Assembly (NCBI GenBank): GCA_963666975.2
Contig: CAXVYR010000003.1
Location: forward strand, 1,184,001 to 1,248,000
DNA length: 64,000 nucleotides
From: Terriglobia bacterium
GTDB lineage: Bacteria; Acidobacteriota; Terriglobia; 2-12-FULL-54-10
Direction: 5' to 3'
Position 1 is the first letter of the stretch, and each line of letters starts with the position of its first letter. The translations under genes and the position numbers were made by a program. The notes under the pieces are model-generated. The model was not told the origin of the DNA and searched no databases. It saw nothing but the letters and a program-made list of their open reading frames with translations. Positions 1 through 9,863 of this stretch are shown piece by piece.

Positions 1-153
1 CTGAGCATCTGAGCGCCTGCGTTGCGCCAACGGAAATGCGGCGGTGGCGGCAATCAAGAGGATGCCGAGTATAGGCAAGAGAATCCAACGGGTAAAACCA
101 GCGGTCGGAGCCCCTGCCTGAAGACGCTGGCGGATGGACGAACGGGGCATCAT
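1..153 (-). CDS. 5' part of an exported protein (runs off the window edge)
   Basis: ATG at 153 with AGGAG RBS; translates MMPRSSIRQRLQAGAPTAGFTRWILLPILGILLIAATAAFPLAQRRR..., a basic plus hydrophobic signal-like N-terminus, open to position 1. Confidence 0.6.
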   Translation of the reverse strand, partial: MMPRSSIRQRLQAGAPTAGFTRWILLPILGILLIAATAAFPLAQRRRSDAQ

Positions 154-431
154 TGCTCCTGAAATAGCCGTCTTGTGGGTTTGTTTCCAGTGGGTCGTAT
201 GCCTAACTCCTAGAGCTAGAGGAATCAATGGGTTTGTTTTGCAAAGAAAGTTTTCTTCGGCGGCGAGAAAGGGCCTATATCTTCTAATCTTCCTTTCGCA
301 GCCACCCTCCGTATGAGGTGCCTCCCTGGACTGATTCACCGCTGAACAATAACTGGGCACGGTTGGCTCTCCCTCTCACATTTTCCTCCAGCAACAGCGC
401 AACGCCAATCGAATTAATCCGATTCTTCCGA

Positions 432-782
432 TCACACTCCGGCCTCTGTATCCTGCGACTGAATGGCTCCTGTCAGCCTTGCCAGAATCTTCCTGACTTC
501 CTGGGCGCTCAGCCCGTGAGGCTCAAAAAAAGATGCGATATCCAGGTCCGGGAAACCGGCCCGCACGAGCCTCTCCGGAAGCAGGCTGCGGATCGTCTCC
601 GGCTCGCGCCGCGCCAACGCCGAGAGGCAGTCAAAAACAACCTGGTGGTGGACACTCGCGAAGGCATAAGAACGCAGCCGGGAGAGCGTTTCCTCCCGAA
701 GTTCCCGGTGGAGGCCTCCCTGGCAAATCGCCTGGAGGAGGCGCTCTTCCATCTCGCTGATTGCTTCTTCCGCCACAAGCAT
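432..782 (-). CDS. hypothetical protein, weakly resembling a DnaB-helicase N-terminal-like domain
   Basis: ORF 432..815, ATG at 782; pattern EERLLQAIC...YAFASVHHQVVFDCLSAL. Confidence 0.5.
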   Translation of the reverse strand: MLVAEEAISEMEERLLQAICQGGLHRELREETLSRLRSYAFASVHHQVVFDCLSALARREPETIRSLLPERLVRAGFPDLDIASFFEPHGLSAQEVRKILARLTGAIQSQDTEAGV

Positions 783-855
783 TAGGAGATTAGGTTTGCG
801 ATTTTGTGGGACCACCGCCAGCAGTGCTGCCCGGAAATAACTTTACGCCACACCT

Positions 856-1080
856 TTAGGCTACAACCGAATCAAGCACGGGGATTCTCAGCCGCCGCAG
901 CAGAGCAGCGACACCGTTCCGGTCCATGCGAGTCGCGTCATATTCCAAGGCAATCGTCTGCTCCTTCTCGTCGACCCGAATCATGCGCACCCCCAAGTGC
1001 GTAAAGGATTCTCCCAAGTTCCGGGCCTGCCGGGTATCGAGCGTTCCCTGATACTTAAAAACCGCCACCACCGATGTCAT
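856..1080 (-). CDS. small hypothetical protein, HMA/ferredoxin-like fold without metal-binding Cys
   Basis: GGAG RBS, ATG at 1080; GVRMIRVDEKEQTIALEYDATRMD...ALLRRL pattern. Confidence 0.6.
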   Translation of the reverse strand: MTSVVAVFKYQGTLDTRQARNLGESFTHLGVRMIRVDEKEQTIALEYDATRMDRNGVAALLRRLRIPVLDSVVA

Positions 1081-1124
1081 GTGTGCCAACTCCGACTAAC
1101 TGTATGCCATCTTTTTAAGAAAGT

Positions 1125-1655
1125 TTACGGCCCGGCGAGGAGCGAATCAAAATAAGAGAGCATTTCCTGGCTCGTCCAATCCGCAGGACCGATGATCTTG
1201 TTGACCAGAAGACCGTCACGGCTGATGATGTATGTCTCCGGCAGCTTGAAGGTCCCGTACTGGAGGCTGATTCTGCGGTTCGGGTCCCGCAGAGTCAGAA
1301 AGGCAATTTCATTTTGAGTTAAAAAGTTCTGATAGTCTTCGGGGTCTTCATCGACGCTCACGGCCAGCACCTGCATTCCCTGGCCGTCATAGCTCTCTTG
1401 CAGGCGGTTCAGGGAAGGCATCTCTTCGATGCAGGGAGGGCACCAAGTGGCCCAGAAGTTTAAGACCACAATCTGTCCCCGGTAATCCTGCAAGGCAATG
1501 ACCTGCCCGTCACCATCCCGAAGAGTGAAGCTCGGAACCTGCTCTCCCAGCGCGGGCGCCTGGCTCTGTCCGTGCGGTTGCGAGAAAAAAACCACAAACA
1601 GGCCCACCATCAAAAGCAGGGTGATTTTGGCGGCGGTTTCTTTTTGAGCAGTCAT
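1125..1655 (-). CDS. TlpA/ResA-family thiol:disulfide oxidoreductase
   Basis: N-terminal TM anchor; VLNFWATWCPPCIEEMPSL and LPETYII motifs. Confidence 0.92.
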   Translation of the reverse strand: MTAQKETAAKITLLLMVGLFVVFFSQPHGQSQAPALGEQVPSFTLRDGDGQVIALQDYRGQIVVLNFWATWCPPCIEEMPSLNRLQESYDGQGMQVLAVSVDEDPEDYQNFLTQNEIAFLTLRDPNRRISLQYGTFKLPETYIISRDGLLVNKIIGPADWTSQEMLSYFDSLLAGP

Positions 1656-1707
1656 GGCATCTACCTAATATAATAACGAATCTTCGGGGGAAAGGGAGAC
1701 GAAATCT

Positions 1708-2787
1708 GTGGACCAACCGGAAAAGCCACCCCTGGTTTCGGTGATCGTGCCGGCCCGAAATGAGGAGCAGAACATTGCTGACTGCCTTCACTCCCTGCTG
1801 GAACAAGGCAGCGGCATCGAAATCGCCGTAGAAACCGCTGTAGAAATCATCGTGGCCGACTACGGTTCGGAGGACAAAACGGCTGCGATTGTCGCCCAAA
1901 TTGCCGCCGACAAGCCCCACGGTAAACATGTCAAACTGGTTTCCGTGCCCCCTTTGCCGCAAGGGTGGGTCGGCAAAAACCATGCACTCCATGCGGGAGT
2001 CCGTCATTCCAGGGGAGAATGGTTGTTGTTCACTGACGCAGACACGCTCCATGTGGCAGGAAAACTGCCCGCTGTCATCGAGCGCGCTCAACGGGAAGAT
2101 TTGAGCCTGCTTTCCTTCTCCCCTCGCCAGGAGGTTCGCACATGGTGGGAGCGGGCCGTGATCCCTGCACTGTATGAGCAACTCGCCAAGCTCTACCCCT
2201 ACGAGCGAGTGAACGATCCGGCAGATTCAGCTGCCGCCGCCAACGGGCAGTATATCCTCTTCCGGCGGGAAGCTTATTTCGTCATGGGCGGGCACGAGGC
2301 CGTGCGGGACGCAGTGCTCGAAGACGTGGAGCTGGCCCGGAGGACCAAACAGGCTGGGTTCCGCATCTGGTTCGGTCCGGGCGAGGGTATTGTGAGCACC
2401 CGCATGTATCGCTGCTTTGGAGAAATGTGGGAAGGCTGGACGAAAAACTTATTTCTGCTTTACCATGGAGATTCCCGCGCCGTATGGCGAACGGCGGCAG
2501 CATTGCTGGGCCGCTACCTGCTCCCGTCGGCAGCAGGGGTGATGTTTTTGCTGTTCGGTTCCACTCCGCTGCAAGGGCTCGGGTTGGCGATGCTGTTTTT
2601 TGCAGGCTGGCAGCATGTCGCCTGCTGGAGAAAGCTGGGAAAGGAAGCGCCGGTCGCTGCCATGCTTTGTCTACTGCCGGGCGCTTTGCTGATCTCCCTT
2701 TTGCTGCTGAACTCAGAGCGGCGCTATCGCCGCCAAAAAGGCATCCGGTGGAAGGGCCGGCGGTATCGCAGCCGCCAGCAGGTGTAA
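1708..2787 (+). CDS. family 2 glycosyltransferase with C-terminal TM helices (carotenoid/hopanoid GT-like)
   Basis: VSVIVPARNEE, GWVGKNHAL, LFTDAD, ANGQY, EDVELAR motifs; ends WKGRRY. Confidence 0.9.
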   Translation: MDQPEKPPLVSVIVPARNEEQNIADCLHSLLEQGSGIEIAVETAVEIIVADYGSEDKTAAIVAQIAADKPHGKHVKLVSVPPLPQGWVGKNHALHAGVRHSRGEWLLFTDADTLHVAGKLPAVIERAQREDLSLLSFSPRQEVRTWWERAVIPALYEQLAKLYPYERVNDPADSAAAANGQYILFRREAYFVMGGHEAVRDAVLEDVELARRTKQAGFRIWFGPGEGIVSTRMYRCFGEMWEGWTKNLFLLYHGDSRAVWRTAAALLGRYLLPSAAGVMFLLFGSTPLQGLGLAMLFFAGWQHVACWRKLGKEAPVAAMLCLLPGALLISLLLLNSERRYRRQKGIRWKGRRYRSRQQV

Positions 2788-2849
2788 GATACAAAACCGC
2801 CCGGTGGTTGTCCGAACGCCGGGGAATATTGAACGGTGAACCTCAAACC

Positions 2850-3269
2850 ATGATTTATCTCACACGGAAAGCGGAGTTTTCCGCCTCGCACTATTACCAC
2901 AGCCCGGAACTTTCGCCTGAGGAAAACCGGCGGATCTTCGGCAAGTGCAATAACCCGCTCGGCCATGGACATAACTATGTGCTGGAGGTCACCGTTCAGG
3001 GAGAGATTGATCCGCGTTCCGGAATGGTGGTGGACTTGAAAGACCTCAAGGAGATACTGGCTCGCGAGGTGATGGACATCTTCGACCACCGCTTCCTCAA
3101 CGAAGAAGTTCCCGAATTTCGCACTCGCGTGCCTACCACGGAAAATCTGGCGGTATCCATCTGGCGGAGGATCGCTCCCAAATTGTCATTCTGCGCACTG
3201 CACCGGGTCCGTCTCTATGAGACGCCGGATCTATTTGTGGATTACTTCGGGTCCACGGAAAAGCAATAA
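2850..3269 (+). CDS. 6-pyruvoyl-tetrahydropterin synthase family protein, copy 1 (C-X5-HGH type)
   Basis: ATG at 2850; FSASH, CNNPLGHGHNY, FDHRFLN, PTTENLA, LYET. Confidence 0.9.
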   Translation: MIYLTRKAEFSASHYYHSPELSPEENRRIFGKCNNPLGHGHNYVLEVTVQGEIDPRSGMVVDLKDLKEILAREVMDIFDHRFLNEEVPEFRTRVPTTENLAVSIWRRIAPKLSFCALHRVRLYETPDLFVDYFGSTEKQ

Positions 3270-3338
3270 TTTCCCCGGCAAGAAACGATCTTTCCATCGT
3301 GCGCCGCACGAGGAAAGCCGGCTGGAAAGGAAAAGCCG

Positions 3339-3767
3339 TTGGTTCACTTGACGCGCCGCTACATGTTTTCCGCCTCCCACCGGCTGCACAATCCCCGCCT
3401 GGCAGACGGAGAAAACAGCCAAATCTACGGGAAATGCAACAACCCCGGCGGGCACGGCCATAATTATTTTTTGGAGGTCACCGTGGCGGGTCCCATCGAC
3501 CCGCTCACCGGGATGGTGGTAAATCTCGCGGAGCTGGACGGCTACGTGCAGAGCGCCATCCTGACTCCTTTCGACCAGACCAGCCTGAACGGGCAACCGA
3601 TTTTCGCAAAGCTGGTCCCCACCTCGGAAAACCTCTGCATCGAAATCCACCGGATTCTGCAGGAAGGGTGGAAGGAACTGCCTTCCGGAAAAAAAGCGCG
3701 GTTACAGAGTGTACGCCTGGAGGAGACCATCTCGAATTTTTTTGAATACAGCGGGGACGCGCAGTAA
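3339..3767 (+). CDS. 6-pyruvoyl-tetrahydropterin synthase family protein, copy 2
   Basis: FSASHRL, CNNPGGHGHNY, PTSENLC, LEET; TTG start. Confidence 0.88.
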   Translation: MVHLTRRYMFSASHRLHNPRLADGENSQIYGKCNNPGGHGHNYFLEVTVAGPIDPLTGMVVNLAELDGYVQSAILTPFDQTSLNGQPIFAKLVPTSENLCIEIHRILQEGWKELPSGKKARLQSVRLEETISNFFEYSGDAQ

Positions 3768-3857
3768 TCGCAAAATAATCTTTTGGGAACGATGGGGTTC
3801 CGATGATGTGTACGGTGGAGAAAATCACCGGATACGCTGAGCCGGTGATCCTAGAAA

Positions 3858-4487
3858 ATGCAGGAGAAACAAATGAAGGATTCCGATAACCGTTTGAAAG
3901 TTCCTAAAAAGGGCGCAGCCGCGGATGATCCCCTGCGAAGCGCCGCCCGCCAGATTCTGGTCTCACTGGGTGAGGACCCCGACCGGGAAGGGCTCCAAGG
4001 AACCCCGGATCGAATCGCGAAAACGCTGCGTTACCTCACCAGCGGATACCAAATGAAGCTGGACCGTGTGCTGAATGATGCCCTCTATTCGGTCAGCTAT
4101 GATGAGATGGTGATTGTGAAGGATATCGAGCTGTTCAGCTTGTGCGAGCACCACATGCTTCCGTTTTTCGGAAAGTGCCACGTTGCCTACGTGCCCGGCA
4201 AAAAAGTAATCGGGCTCAGCAAGATTCCCCGGGTGGTCGATATGTTCTCCCGCCGGCTGCAAGTGCAGGAAAGGCTGACGAACCAAATTGCTGAAACCCT
4301 TCAGGAAACAATCCGCCCCCAGGGCGTTGGCGTCGTCATCGAGGCCCGGCACCTCTGCATGATGATGCGGGGGGTGGAAAAGCAACACTCCCAGGCGGTC
4401 ACCAGCGCCATGCTCGGCGTATTTCGGCAGCAACAGCAGACGAGGGAGGAATTTCTCTCTCTCGTCCTTAGCTCGCCGAGGGCGTAA
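3858..4487 (+). CDS. folE: GTP cyclohydrolase I
   Basis: [44 protein letters not shown]. Confidence 0.97.
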   Translation: MQEKQMKDSDNRLKVPKKGAAADDPLRSAARQILVSLGEDPDREGLQGTPDRIAKTLRYLTSGYQMKLDRVLNDALYSVSYDEMVIVKDIELFSLCEHHMLPFFGKCHVAYVPGKKVIGLSKIPRVVDMFSRRLQVQERLTNQIAETLQETIRPQGVGVVIEARHLCMMMRGVEKQHSQAVTSAMLGVFRQQQQTREEFLSLVLSSPRA

Positions 4488-4567
4488 TCTCCTGCTCATT
4501 TCGTTTCCGCTTTCTGATTGGCTTGGACTCTCTCTAATGTCAAACGACCGTCAAAAGCTAAAAGGGT

Positions 4568-4596
4568 TTGACAGCACCGCCTCGCCCCTTTAGGCT
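4568..4596 (+). promoter_or_regulatory. sigma70-type promoter upstream of the ATPase gene
   Basis: TTGACA-17 nt-TAGGCT. Confidence 0.6.
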
Positions 4597-6421
4597 GGAA
4601 TTCCCGAAAGAACATTTCCGTAAAAGGAGCGTCCATTCCTAAGCCATAATGCGGTAATGTCTCAATGGGATGCTCAGTAATCGGACTAAGAATCTTGAAA
4701 AAACACCATAGCGGGATGGGGTGGGAGAAATAATGCTCACAAATCTCACCGTCCGAAATTTCAAAAGTTTTGGCGAAGTCAACATCGAACTTGGCGATCC
4801 GGTTGTCTTTATCGGCCCCAACAATTCCGGGAAGACATCAGCGCTTCAAGCTCTTGCCCTCTGGGAAGTAGGACTCCGCCACTGGAACGAAAAACGCAAA
4901 GGTAAGACGGCTCCAGAGAAACGTCCGGGCGTCACCATTAACCGGCGTGACCTAGTCTCCATACCGATTCCAGACGCTAATCTTCTCTGGCGGGACCTTC
5001 ATGTCAGAGATGTTAAACAAGTCAGTGGGAAGCCAGATACAAAAAACATCCGAATCGACATCATCGTTGAGGGTGTGACGGAAGACAAGGAATGGAAATG
5101 CGGTCTAGAGTTCGATTACGCGAATCAGGAGTCTTTCTACTGCCGTCCACTGCGTCTGTTAGAAAGAAAAAATTCGGACCGAATGCTGATTCCCGATGAA
5201 GTAGAGAAAGTTCAGATGGCCTTTCTGCCGCCTATGTCGGGTTTATCCGCGAATGAGACTCGCCTCGACATTGGTGCAATCAACGTTCGCGTCGGGGAGG
5301 GAAGAACCGCTGAGGTCTTGCGAAACCTCTGCTACAGGATTTACACACAACACAGAGAGTATTGGGGGAAACTGGTTTCTCACATCAATGCACTGTTTGG
5401 ATCAAAGCTTCATGTCCCCCAATACATTCCTGCGCGTGGTGAGATCGAAATGGGTTACAGGGAAGGAGGAAGCACTAAACTTTTTGACCTCTCTTCTTCC
5501 GGCAGAGGACTTCAGCAGACCCTTCTCTTGCTCTCATACATGTACTCCAACCGGGGAGCCGTCCTCCTACTAGACGAGCCCAACGCACATTTAGAAATTC
5601 TCCGGCAGAGACAAATTTATCAAGTGCTTGTGGATGTCTCTCGTGAGAACGGCAACCAAGTCATCGCGGCAAGCCATTCCGAGGTGTTGCTCAATGAGGC
5701 TGCTGGCAGGGATGTCGTTATCGCTTTTCTAGGCAATCCGCATAGGATTGGCGACCGCGGCAGCCAGGTCCTAAAGGCATTAAAGGATATTGGCTTTGAG
5801 CACTATTACCAAGCGGAGCAAACGGGTTGGGTCCTTTACCTGGAGGGATCGAGCGATTTGGCCACTCTCCGGGCGTTTGCGGAAAAGCTGGAGTACCAAG
5901 AGGCGATTTCGGCTCTAGAAAGACCATACGTCCAATACGTTGGGAACCAACCAAACGAGATCAGAAAGCACTTTTATGGCCTGCGTGAGGCGAAACAAGA
6001 CCTGCAAGGAATCGCAATATTTGACAAACTTACTCAGGAGCTCCCAACCGATTTGGGTGTTCCAGCTCTTGAGTGGAAGCGCCGAGAAATCGAAAATTAT
6101 TTGTGTTACCAGGAGTCACTTGAGGCCTACGCTGCAGCTACAGCCCAGCAAGAGATTGCTGGTCCACTTTTTAATTCTGCGGAGGCTGCCCGGCGAATTA
6201 CGGCCATGCAAGAGTCAATCCACGAAGTCGAGCAGGCAATGGAAACTCTCGGTAAAGGCTCCCCGTGGGACCCCAACACCAAGGTGAGCGACGTTTTTCT
6301 GACACCATTGTTCGAGACATATTTCGAGAAATTAAATCTTCCCAACGTGATGGCGAAGAAAAATTTTCATGAATTGGCCCGGCTCGTACCCAAAGCGAAC
6401 ATGGACACAGAGGTAAAAGAT

Positions 6422-7751
6422 CACTGCTGTCCGGCTAAAATTTCAGAACAGCCAACAAGTCTCATGAGAGCAAAAGGTTACGGGCATTGGAGCATTTTTC
6501 GATTTGAAATCCGCGAGGGCGAAAAATGGCTTTGAACGTAAAGACTGGGGTAGGCGACAGAATAGTGCATGAACATCGGTCGCACCGTTTTCGCTCAGCT
6601 TATGGATCACGTGCCCTCGTACGAGTTTCACAAATGCGTCACGCGCTACCGTGGCGACGATCACCTGCGAAGCTTTTCTTGCTGGGACCAGTTTCTGGCG
6701 ATGGCGTTCGCTCAGTTGACTTACCGCGAGAGTCTCCGCGACATCGAGGCGTGTCTGCGTTCCATGACCAGCAAACTCTACCACATCGGATTGCGCGGCA
6801 ACGTGGCGCGCTCGACACTGGCCGATGCCAACGAGTCGCACGACTGGCGCATCTACGCGGACTTCGCCCAGGTGTTGATCGGCATCGCACGGCCTTTGTA
6901 TGCGCGCGATCCGATCGGCGTCGATCTGGATCAGAGCCTGTACGCGCTGGACTCCACCACCATCGACCTCTGCCTCTCGCTGTTTCCGTGGGCACGATTC
7001 CGCCAACACAAGGCTGCCGTCAAACTGCATACGCTGCTGGACCTGCAGGGCAACATCCCCACGTTTCTCCGCGTCACGGCCGGTGCCGTGCACGATGTCA
7101 ACATCCTCGACGAGATCGTTCCGGAAGCGGGCGCGTTCTACGTGATGGATCGCGGCTACATCGACTTCGAGCGACTCTTTGTCTTCACACTCTGCTCCGC
7201 ATTTTTCGTCGTGCGGACGAAAGAGAACGTCTTGCTCCAACGCCGCTATTCTCATCCAGCAGACAGAACCAGCGGCTTGCGATCCGATCATACCGTGATC
7301 CTGACCGGGAACGCCTCGGCCAGGGCATACCCCGATCCGCTACGGCGCGTTACGTACTTCGATGCAGAAACAAACAAGCGCCTGAAGTTTCTTACCAACA
7401 ATTTCGTGCTACCCGCACTCACTATCGCTCAAATCTACAAGTGCCGCTGGCAGGTGGAACTGTTCTTCAAATGGATCAAGCAGCACCTGCGAATCAAGGC
7501 ATTCTATGGCACCAGCCAAAACGCAGTGAAGACTCAAATCTGGATCGCCGTTTCGATCTATGTACTCGTGGCCATTGTCCGGAAGCGTCTCGCTTTGGAA
7601 GCCAGCCTTTACCAAATTTTACAGATTCTCAGTGTTACTCTTTTCGAGAAAGTGCCCATTTTACAGGCCCTGGAAGCATCGGGCTCCCAAGACGATTTAG
7701 TCAGAAATCCCAACCAGTTGATTCTGTTCGAGTTTTAACCGGACAGCAATG
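6422..7751 (+). mobile_element. IS4-family insertion sequence, 1330 bp
   Basis: 19-bp TIRs CACTGCTGTCCGGCTAAAA / CATTGCTGTCCGGTTAAAA (17/19 match); 9-bp TSD GTAAAAGAT at 6413-6421 and 7752-7760. Confidence 0.95.
6569..7738 (+). CDS. IS4-family DDE transposase
   Basis: DSTTID, MDRGY, YKCRWQVELFFKWIK (YREK motif); intact 389 aa. Confidence 0.95.
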   Translation: MNIGRTVFAQLMDHVPSYEFHKCVTRYRGDDHLRSFSCWDQFLAMAFAQLTYRESLRDIEACLRSMTSKLYHIGLRGNVARSTLADANESHDWRIYADFAQVLIGIARPLYARDPIGVDLDQSLYALDSTTIDLCLSLFPWARFRQHKAAVKLHTLLDLQGNIPTFLRVTAGAVHDVNILDEIVPEAGAFYVMDRGYIDFERLFVFTLCSAFFVVRTKENVLLQRRYSHPADRTSGLRSDHTVILTGNASARAYPDPLRRVTYFDAETNKRLKFLTNNFVLPALTIAQIYKCRWQVELFFKWIKQHLRIKAFYGTSQNAVKTQIWIAVSIYVLVAIVRKRLALEASLYQILQILSVTLFEKVPILQALEASGSQDDLVRNPNQLILFEF

Positions 7752-7816
7752 GTAAAAGATAAACTTGATGCCATTGTTGAGGCGAAAAAGAATGCAAATC
7801 CCGAACTGATCGAGTA

Positions 7817-8638
7817 ATGAATGAATCAATTGATGCTGAGATTTCGTCGATGACACCATCAGCCTCGAGACAGGCGATGAAAACTAGCGACCTGGAAGCA
7901 CTGCTTTCCTCTGCCAAATCCGTTTGCGTTCTGACCGGAGCCGGCATTTCTCAGGAAAGCGGCGTTCCTACGTTTCGCGGCGCCGGCGGATTGTGGAAAC
8001 AATACCGGCCCGAGGAGCTGGCGACACCCGAGGCCTTTGCCCGCGATCCGATGATGGTCTGGGAGTGGTACGCATGGAGACGGGAGATCATCGGGCGCGC
8101 CCAACCGAACGCGGCCCACTTCGCTCTGGCGGAGTTGGAACAGCGGCTTGCCGGTGACCGAAATGGTGATCTCACTGGAGAGCAAGCAGAGCCATTCACC
8201 CTGCTCACACAAAACGTGGACGGCCTGCACGAGCGCGCCGGTTCCCGCAACGTGATCCGTCTGCACGGCGATATCTGGCGGCTGCGCTGCACGCAGTGCG
8301 GGGCCGCGCGGCAGGACTACTCGGTTCCCTTGGACCCGTTTCCTCCGCGCTGCGACTGCTCTTCTCTGATGAGGCCCGGCGTGGTTTGGTTCGGCGAGGC
8401 CCTGCCGGAAGCCGCATGGAGACTGGCGGCGATGGCCGCCGGTTCGGCCGAATTATTTCTAATTGTCGGAACCTCGGCGCTGGTGGAACCGGCCGCTTCC
8501 CTGCCCTTGCTGGGCAAACAGAATGGCGCGCGGCTGATTGAAATCAACCTCGACCCGACGCCTCTTTCCGGCCTGGCAGAGTTGTCGATCCGGGGAAAGG
8601 CGGCGGAAATTTTGAGACCGTTACGGGGAAAGCTGTGA
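7817..8638 (+). CDS. cobB: NAD-dependent protein deacylase (class III sirtuin)
   Basis: GAGISQESGVPTFRG, YAWR (Y-x-x-R), TQNVDGLH, HG, CxxC..CxC, GTS; alternative start at 7877. Confidence 0.93.
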   Translation: MNESIDAEISSMTPSASRQAMKTSDLEALLSSAKSVCVLTGAGISQESGVPTFRGAGGLWKQYRPEELATPEAFARDPMMVWEWYAWRREIIGRAQPNAAHFALAELEQRLAGDRNGDLTGEQAEPFTLLTQNVDGLHERAGSRNVIRLHGDIWRLRCTQCGAARQDYSVPLDPFPPRCDCSSLMRPGVVWFGEALPEAAWRLAAMAAGSAELFLIVGTSALVEPAASLPLLGKQNGARLIEINLDPTPLSGLAELSIRGKAAEILRPLRGKL

Positions 8639-9858
8639 ACGTTATGAGAATTGGCTACCTGGATTGCTTCTCCGGCGTGAGCGGCGATATGCTGCTCGGC
8701 GCTTTTGTCGCCTGCGGCCTGGAACTCTCCAAAGTGGAGCGGGAGGTCGGAAAGCTCGACCTCGGTGAAATCCGCTGGCGGCAGGAACAAGTAAAGCGCG
8801 GCATGCTGATGGGGACGCGGATTCTGATTGAATCGCCGCCGCAACAGCCCTCGCGCAAATACCGCGACATCGTGGAACGGATCCAGGCGGCTCCCCTTTC
8901 CCCGTATGTACAGCAGCAATCCCTGACGATCTTCCGCCGCTTGGGCGAGGTAGAGGCCGCGTTGCACGGATGGACGCTCGACCAAGTCCATTTTCATGAA
9001 GTGGGTGCAGTGGACTCGATAGCCGACATCGTAGGCAGTTGTGTCGCCGTCGAGTTGCTGGGAATTGAACAACTGGTTTGTTCGCCTCTGAACCTGGGCG
9101 GCGGGACAGTGAAATGCGATCATGGCACGCTGCCGGTCCCCGCCCCGGCGGCTTTGGCGATGCTGAAAGGAGTCCCGGTATATTCCACAGGGGTTGCCGC
9201 TGAGCTGGTGACTCCGACCGGCGCGGCTGTGGTTTCAAGCCTCGCCGCTAGCTTTGGCCCCTTCCCGGCCATGACGGTTGAGAGCGCAGGATATGGAGCT
9301 GGGGCACGGGACCTGCCAGAGACCCCTAATCTCCTCCGCATCAGCATCGGGGAAGCAGCTCCGGCCGAAACGGGAGAGGAAAAATTGTTCATGCTGGAGG
9401 CGAACATGGACGATATGAATCCCCAGGTGTTCAATTTTTTCACCGAACGCGCGCTTGCTGCCGGAGCACTGGACGTTTTTTTCACGCCCGTGCAGATGAA
9501 GAAAAACCGTCCCGGCGTGCTGCTTTCCGTCCTGTGCCGGCCCGCGCAGCGGGAAAAGCTGATGGAGATGTTCTTTCAGGAAACAACTACCATTGGCGTG
9601 CGCGGCTACGAGGTCTTCCGGCGCGCCCTGGAGCGGGAATCGGTGCCCGTGCAGACTTCCTACGGAGAGGTTCGCATCAAGGTGGCCCGCCGAAACGGCC
9701 AGGTGCTGAATTTTAGCCCGGAGTTTGAAGACTGCCGGAGACTGGCGGCGGAAAATAAGGTACCCTTGAAGAAAGTTTTAGAGGAAGCCACCTTTACATT
9801 TTGGAGGGAATCGGGAACTCAGGCCGGCTCCCCGGCCAAAAAAGGAAAAAGCCGATAA
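8635..9858 (+). CDS. larC: nickel pincer cofactor biosynthesis protein LarC
   Basis: DCFSGVSGDMLLGA, VHFHEVGAVDSIAD, HGTLPVPAPA, ELVTPTGAA, MKKNRPG, PEFEDC. Confidence 0.93.
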   Translation: MNVMRIGYLDCFSGVSGDMLLGAFVACGLELSKVEREVGKLDLGEIRWRQEQVKRGMLMGTRILIESPPQQPSRKYRDIVERIQAAPLSPYVQQQSLTIFRRLGEVEAALHGWTLDQVHFHEVGAVDSIADIVGSCVAVELLGIEQLVCSPLNLGGGTVKCDHGTLPVPAPAALAMLKGVPVYSTGVAAELVTPTGAAVVSSLAASFGPFPAMTVESAGYGAGARDLPETPNLLRISIGEAAPAETGEEKLFMLEANMDDMNPQVFNFFTERALAAGALDVFFTPVQMKKNRPGVLLSVLCRPAQREKLMEMFFQETTTIGVRGYEVFRRALERESVPVQTSYGEVRIKVARRNGQVLNFSPEFEDCRRLAAENKVPLKKVLEEATFTFWRESGTQAGSPAKKGKSR

Positions 9859-9863
9859 CCAGG

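Larger units (their letters stand above)
4733..7817 (+). pseudogene. ABC/AAA ATPase with TOPRIM-like C-terminal region (OLD-like), interrupted near its 3' end by IS4
   Basis: NFKSF, Walker A GPNNSGKT, SSGRG signature, Walker B LLLDEP, ASHS, LYLEGSSD. Removing the IS and one TSD copy restores ...EVKD-KLDAIVEAKKNANPELIE-TAA(7815-7817). Confidence 0.8.

Noticed and set aside
2850-3767. QueD or FolB-bypass PTPS-III assignment
   Set aside because: Motif spacing is C-X5-HGH with no Glu at or beside the Cys, and no other que genes are present.
7817-8638. Defence-type SIR2 NADase effector
   Set aside because: It has all the canonical CobB deacylase motifs, including the Zn-binding Cys and Y-x-x-R, and overlaps larC in a housekeeping operon.
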